From the IMG/VR virus record IMGVR_UViG_3300027566_000003: a stretch of 64,000 nt of DNA; one strand, 5' to 3'. Shown in pieces: positions 58,777 through 64,000 of the stretch. The stretch's first letter is position 1. Every line of letters begins with the position of its first letter. A model generated the notes under the pieces. That model ran no database searches. It was given only the letters and a program-made list of their open reading frames with translations, and was not told the DNA's origin. The position numbers and the translations under genes were made by a program. This DNA comes from a virus (lineage: Duplodnaviria; Caudoviricetes).

Positions 58777-59424
58777 GTGTTTGTGATGAGAAAACAACCT
58801 AAAGAATTATCCTACGACGATAAAATGGAATTAGATTTACTTGAAAATTTAGAATTCAGAACATGTCATTTGTGTAATGAGATTAGACTCAATGGAGATA
58901 TTCATATTTCTTGGGCAGATTTGTGTAGTATCCTTTCTCCTTCCGATCCAAGCAAAATAGCTGATAAGATTTTTGCTCATATCAACAAAATGAAAATGTT
59001 TAATAGTGATTTATATCATGAAATTTATGACGCAATTTATGATATTGGGAATGTCGAGAAAGACGGAGATAAATTTTATAATTGCGATGTGTTGTGGATT
59101 AGTTCTATAAGTCATATTATTTATGAGAATTTTAGAGAACAATGGAAGATTATTATTAAGATAATGCATGAGATACATAGAGAATATGGTGGGAGTTTTG
59201 ATTTAGGTTTCTTGTTTAGAGAAACTATTTTAACCATGAGAGAAAAATGTTTGATTGGTGATGATTTGTTTACTTGTGAATATGAGTATAAGAAGTGTAA
59301 GGGTGATGGTGAGGATAATAAGGATGAAATAGATAAGGTTTATGAGGATTATTATGGGGAGGAAGAATATGATTGTGGGTTTGAAGATTTAGAATTTGTG
59401 AGTGATAAGAGGATTTTGCATTAA
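58777..59424 (+). CDS. hypothetical protein
   Basis: 215 aa, RBS GAGGAG, acidic tail. Confidence 0.6.
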   Translation: MFVMRKQPKELSYDDKMELDLLENLEFRTCHLCNEIRLNGDIHISWADLCSILSPSDPSKIADKIFAHINKMKMFNSDLYHEIYDAIYDIGNVEKDGDKFYNCDVLWISSISHIIYENFREQWKIIIKIMHEIHREYGGSFDLGFLFRETILTMREKCLIGDDLFTCEYEYKKCKGDGEDNKDEIDKVYEDYYGEEEYDCGFEDLEFVSDKRILH

Positions 59425-59453
59425 TGGGTAGATTGTGATTATTCTGGCTTGAT

Positions 59454-61146
59454 ATTATGGGGAGTTTATTCTCCCCTCAAATTAAATGAAAGGTGGTGAA
59501 TATATGTCAAACTTTGTTTTAACTCTACCATTAAAAACCGAAACATATCAAGAAGATATTTTAAGTAAGCGTTTTGAAATTGGGAGAAAAATGTATAATG
59601 CTTGTTTAAATGAATTATATAAGCGTTACAATACATTAAGACAATCAAAAGAGTACCAAAAAGTTTGTAAAATGACAAAAGGTAAAGAACGGAATAAGCA
59701 GTTTCAAGCATTAAACAACAAATACGGTTTGACAGAATATTCACTACATGATTTTGTTAAACCTATGCAACATAAATACAAGAAAAACATTGATGCATTT
59801 ACTTCGCAAAAAGTAGCTACAAGATGTTTCTCGGCATTTCAAGGCTTAATGTTTCATACAGCTAAAAAAGTTGGTTATAAATCTTATAATGATTTAGATT
59901 CTTTAGAAGGAAAATCAAATGGTACTGGAATAAGATTTATAGACAATGTGCTATTGTGGAATGGATTAAAAATATCTGTAGTAATTAAAAAGAATGATAC
60001 TTATGCTAAAATGTCTTTAGAAAATAAAATAAAGTATTGTCGTATTGTACGTAAAATGATAAAAGGGAAAAATCATTATTATATTCAGTTGATTTTAGAT
60101 GGTATTCCTCCAATGAAGATAACTAAACAAGGTGAAATTAAAGGGAGTATAGGCAAGGGTAATGTAGGAATTGATATTGGAACGCAAACAATTGCTTATA
60201 GTAGTCAATATCAAGTCAAACTTCTAGAACTAGCACCAAACATCAATAAAATTGATAGAGAAGTTAAATTACTCCAGCGTAAAATGGACAGATCGAGAAG
60301 AGCAACAAATCTTAATAAATTCAATGATAATGGTACTATAATTAAAGGCAATAAAGATAAATGGGTTTATAGTAACCATTACATTAAAATTAAGAACGCT
60401 AGAAAAGAATTATTTAGGAAACAATCTGCACTTAGAAAGCAGTCTCACAATATTTTAGCAAATGAGATCATTAATTTAGGCGATAAATTCTATGTTGAAA
60501 ATATGAGTTATTCTGGATTGCAGAAAAGAAGTAAAAAAACTACTAATAAGAAAAATGGAAAGTTTAATAAGAAGAAGAGATTTGGTAAATCATTAGCGAA
60601 TAAAGCACCTTCAATGTTCTTAACAATCTTGGACAATAAACTTAAATGGAATGACACCCAATTGTATAAAATTGATACAGTAAAAATTAAAGCAAGTCAA
60701 TATAATCATATTGATGATGTTTATGTCAAAAAGGACTTGTCAGAAAGATGGAATGATTTTAGTGAATTTAAGATTCAAAGGGATTTATATTCAGCATTTC
60801 TGATAATGAGTGTGAATAATGATATGGAAACAATTAATAGAGATTCGTGTTTTGAGAAGTTTAATGAGTTTAAAGTGTTGCACGATATTGAGGTTGAAAG
60901 ATTAAGAAGTTTGGATTTAAGTAAAGCATTAAGAAATGTAATCTAACAATTAAATAACGGTTTAGAAACGAGCCGTATGCTATCGTTAATTTGACCAATG
61001 GGTTGATTGATAGTGAAATTCTTATGGAAAATGATTAGTGTTTATATGTTGTAAAATACAGATGAAATGTAATGCCTGTAAATGAGAGTATTAAAGAAAA
61101 TTATTTAGTACATAAGAACCCCATGCCTTTAGGCGTGGGAGTTTCA
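59454..61146 (+). mobile_element. non-autonomous IS200/IS605-family (IS1341-type) TnpB-only element
   Basis: TTGAT at 59449-59453; left hairpin GGGGAG/CTCCCC 59459-59476; right hairpin CCCATGCCT/AGGCGTGGG 61120-61139 followed by GAGTTTCA; no tnpA. Confidence 0.75.
59486..60946 (+). CDS. tnpB: TnpB RNA-guided endonuclease
   Basis: RuvC-I VGIDIG, RuvC-II YVENM, RuvC-III QRDLYSA; likely start ATG 59504. Confidence 0.9.
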   Translation: MKGGEYMSNFVLTLPLKTETYQEDILSKRFEIGRKMYNACLNELYKRYNTLRQSKEYQKVCKMTKGKERNKQFQALNNKYGLTEYSLHDFVKPMQHKYKKNIDAFTSQKVATRCFSAFQGLMFHTAKKVGYKSYNDLDSLEGKSNGTGIRFIDNVLLWNGLKISVVIKKNDTYAKMSLENKIKYCRIVRKMIKGKNHYYIQLILDGIPPMKITKQGEIKGSIGKGNVGIDIGTQTIAYSSQYQVKLLELAPNINKIDREVKLLQRKMDRSRRATNLNKFNDNGTIIKGNKDKWVYSNHYIKIKNARKELFRKQSALRKQSHNILANEIINLGDKFYVENMSYSGLQKRSKKTTNKKNGKFNKKKRFGKSLANKAPSMFLTILDNKLKWNDTQLYKIDTVKIKASQYNHIDDVYVKKDLSERWNDFSEFKIQRDLYSAFLIMSVNNDMETINRDSCFEKFNEFKVLHDIEVERLRSLDLSKALRNVI

Positions 61147-61166
61147 GATCTAGAGGCCAAGATTAT
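60947..61166 (+). ncRNA. predicted omegaRNA (right-end scaffold plus flanking guide)
   Basis: ~200-nt non-coding tract between the tnpB stop and the right-end hairpin; inferred from known TnpB biology. Confidence 0.55.
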
Positions 61167-61289
61167 ATATTTAAACGGTTAGAAAAACTCAAAAAGAAAG
61201 ACTTGCAATTACAGCAAGCCAATTAAGAATTCATGCAAATTAAGTATATCACAGATTCATAAAGTAATCTATAAAAGGAGGAAATTTAT

Positions 61290-61418
61290 ATGGACGATAA
61301 AGAAAATTTTTTATCTGAAATTAAAATGATGATTGAGTTGGATGAGATGTTAAGATTTAATCAGATATTCTTTAACAGTGTTAAAGAACAAATATTAATA
61401 TCAAATTTAATGTCGTGA
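61290..61418 (+). CDS. 42-aa peptide upstream of vapD (candidate antitoxin; not in the ORF track)
   Basis: RBS AAGGAGG; MDDKENFLSEIKMMIELDEMLRFNQIFFNSVKEQILISNLMS. Confidence 0.45.
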   Translation: MDDKENFLSEIKMMIELDEMLRFNQIFFNSVKEQILISNLMS

Positions 61419-61434
61419 GTATTTTGATTTTAAA

Positions 61435-61800
61435 TTGGAAATACTGTTGATATATGGAAAGGAAGGTGATATGATGTTTAAAAAGATTAAGGGAGGAAAA
61501 TCAATGTATGCTATTGCTTTTGATTTAGATACACAAATTTTAAGTGAAAACTATGATAAACAACATTATAACAACGCATACAACGAGATTAAGCTTTATT
61601 TGTCAAGTAAAGGTTTTGACCGACAGCAAGGTAGTGTTTATTTTGGTAATGAATCAATTGATGCCGTAAAAACTGTTTTAGTTGTTCAAGGTTTGGCAAG
61701 GAAATATCCATGGTTCGCTCCATCTGTAAAAGATATTCAGATGTTGAGAATTGAAGAGAATGGTGATTTGTTACCAGCTATTTTAGGAGCTAATGATTAG
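61435..61800 (+). CDS. vapD: VapD (Cas2-like) endoribonuclease
   Basis: MYAIAFDLDT...NAYNEIK...GFDRQQGSVY...WFAPSVKDIQMLRIEE; likely start 61504 or 61471, both with an RBS. Confidence 0.9.
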   Translation: MEILLIYGKEGDMMFKKIKGGKSMYAIAFDLDTQILSENYDKQHYNNAYNEIKLYLSSKGFDRQQGSVYFGNESIDAVKTVLVVQGLARKYPWFAPSVKDIQMLRIEENGDLLPAILGAND

Positions 61801-61834
61801 ATTAGAGGTTAATAATTTAATAGTTTGTTTTTAA

Positions 61835-61862
61835 AAGAACCTAGATTTCTAGGTTCTTTTAT
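61835..61862 (+). terminator. terminator after vapD
   Basis: AAAGAACCTAG-ATTT-CTAGGTTCTTT. Confidence 0.7.
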
Positions 61863-62046
61863 TATGCCCAAATTTAATATTGATAGTTTTAGCAGACCTT
61901 TGGACGCTCTGGTTTGCTATTAAATAAGCAACAATCTGCAATTGCAATGCAGTAGAAGGGAATACACTCCTCCCTTCTTTTTTTTGTTGCCTTTTTATAT
62001 GGAATTGTTTGGAGTGTGGGTTTAGTAATGAGTAAGAATATAAAAT

Positions 62047-63679
62047 TTGAAGGAGTGCTGGAATTATATGAGAATTAAATGGTCAAAAGAAGAAACGAAT
62101 TTTTTAAAAGATAATTACATGGTCATGACAGATGAAGAATTGGCGGGAAAACTAGGAAAAACAACGATACAAATAAAAGATAAGAGAAATCATGAGCATT
62201 TAGTAAGGATAACAATTTTTTCCAAAGAATTTTTAATATCTGAATTTTGGCGTTTCTTTAATGAAAATGAAAGATATCCTTTAAAAAAAGAATTAAAACC
62301 AGCAATTGGTTATCCATCAGGAGTTAATTATGAACGTAAATGGGGAAGTTGGAATAGTTTTTTAAAAGAAATTGATGTATTAGGTGACAGTGGGTGGTAT
62401 AAATGTGATGAACAAGTTTTGATTGATTATTATACTAATAGTTCCATCGAAGAGATTAATGATAGATTAATGATTAAACGTAATAAAGAAATAATAATGA
62501 AAAAGGCAAACAATTTAGGATTATACATAAAAAAAAGAAGTAGTGAAGAATATCAATTAATTATCCAAGATTATTTAAATGGAACAAATTGTCAAGAAAT
62601 AGCTAAGAAATATGGATATAGTGATGGAGCTTCAATATATTATGTTCTTAAAAAATACAACATTGAATTAAATAGAAATGATATATGGTCTGAAGAACAA
62701 ATAGAAAATCTTAAAATATATTACCCCTACAACAGAATGGGAGGAATTGTTAGAATTATTAAAACCATTTGATAAAGATGGAATTATACATAAGGCATCA
62801 GATTTGAATATAAAAAGATTGCTAAATTCAGAATGGTCAGAAGAAGATATTAATATTTTGAAAGAATATTACGGAGAAAAATCTACAAAACAATTAGCAA
62901 TATTATTGCCATATCGTACAGAATCATCAATAGTTACAAAAGGATATAAATTAGGATTAGAGTCAAGAATAAGATGGTCTGATGAAGATATAGAAATATT
63001 TATCAAAGAATACCCAATTAAAACAAATAAAGAGTTAGCAAACATATTTAATAGGACACCTACTGCAATCATGGGAGAGGCGTTAAAATTAGGATTAAAG
63101 AAAGATATTGAAGAACATTTATATATTATATATGATGAAGAAAAATTAATACGTGAATTAAAGGAGTATGCTCAAATTTTAGGAAGAACACCTCTTTCAT
63201 ACGAAGTAAATGAAAATAAAAATATGGCACATTCCAATACATATAGACGTTGTTTTGATGGTTATGTTGATGCTTGTCAAAAGGCAGGTTTAGAACCAAA
63301 TTATGAAGGAAATATATTTTCTCCAAGGACATATAGATCAAAAAATAATGATTTGTGTCTTTCGCAGCCAGAATTAATTATTACTAATTTATTTATAGAT
63401 AATGTTTTAGAGTACGAGAAAGAAGTATATTATTCGTCTTTTTCAGACGATCCTAGGTGTGGTTATAAGAGATGTGATTGGTTTTTAGTAGATGGTATAA
63501 TTGTAGAATATTTTGGTATGGAAAGGAGAGAATCTTATCAAAAAAGAATGTTAGAAAAACAAGCTATATGTTCAGATAATAATTTAATATTAATAGAACT
63601 TTATCCAAAGGATATGAGAAAAGGGCTAGAAGGTTTAATAAATAAATTTAAAGAGTATGGTATTGAATTAAGTCAATAA
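62047..63679 (+). pseudogene. frameshifted repeat-rich free-standing endonuclease (track ORFs 62047..62772 and 62747..63679)
   Basis: Removing one C from the C4 run at 62724-62727 joins the ORFs; W(S)xE(E/D) repeats, homing-endonuclease-associated repeats (FSKEFLISEF, YDEEKLIRELKE..GRTP), C-terminal CDWFLVDGIIVEYFG. Confidence 0.75.
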
Positions 63680-63829
63680 TTTTAATTATTAAATAAAAAT
63701 AACCAAATGAATGGCGTGATTGATGCTCAACAATCAACCATTAACATAAATTCCAATTACATGTTGCATACCTCTTACATTTTAGAATATAATGTAAATA
63801 ACTATAAAAAAGTAGGAGGTATACAAAAT

Positions 63830-64000
63830 ATGAAACTTTTTATTCAAAGTTTAGGTGTATGTTCAACTATTTTATTTTTACTAGCAGGATTTAAGTTATT
63901 ATTAATAAATTCCATATCAGGTGATTCAATTGTAGAAAGTTATTATCATTGTATAGGAGTTATGTCATTTGGTTTTGCCTTATTATCTGGTGGTTTACTC
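63830..64000 (+). CDS. 3'-truncated membrane protein
   Basis: RBS AGGAGGT; MKLFIQSLGVCSTILFLLAGFKLLL...GVMSFGFALLSGGLL, hydrophobic segments. Confidence 0.55.
   Translation, partial: MKLFIQSLGVCSTILFLLAGFKLLLINSISGDSIVESYYHCIGVMSFGFALLSGGLL

Noticed and set aside
61435-61800. Cas2 / CRISPR locus
   Set aside because: The motifs match VapD; no cas1 and no repeat-spacer array seen in the window.
1059-63341. Short minus-strand and overlapping ORFs in the track (e.g. 1059..1259, 6988..7287, 14330..14560, 29013..29213, 30943..31266, 53732..54043, 19562..19759, 25507..25761, 37435..37653)
   Set aside because: They lie inside well-supported genes, lack an RBS and have shadow-frame composition.

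Overview
AT-rich segment (roughly 25-30% GC by eye) of a large SPbeta-like phage or prophage from a low-GC Firmicute, probably clostridial. Almost all genes are on the + strand. Gene order parallels the SPbeta yonO-to-yomM block: early/replication genes (ParB-HNH, UvrD-like helicase, CoiA-like nuclease); a single-subunit YonO-type RNA polymerase; PIN-PhoH, HU, tRNA-Thr(UGU), a YonK-like gene, a metallophosphoesterase and ClpP; the packaging/head/tail module; three tail-appendage cassettes alternating with free-standing endonucleases; RuvC; a YomM-like tyrosine recombinase; an SF2 helicase; a divergent BRO/HTH switch; a non-autonomous TnpB element; and VapD. The most unusual signals are three. 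(1) A family of 5' leaders whose hairpin loops are complementary to their own RBS regions despite differing sequences; one ~100-nt version occurs three times with identical spacing in front of different nucleases. (2) A coiled-coil gene followed by a ~360-nt closed structured RNA that carries a ~7-nt periodic AAAG(T/A)T array, inside a cluster of other unexplained structured RNAs. (3) Homopolymer frameshifts confined to nuclease genes. The ORF track labels 57175..57987 as +, but it is on the minus strand. All protein calls come from motif recognition and synteny; no database searches were run.
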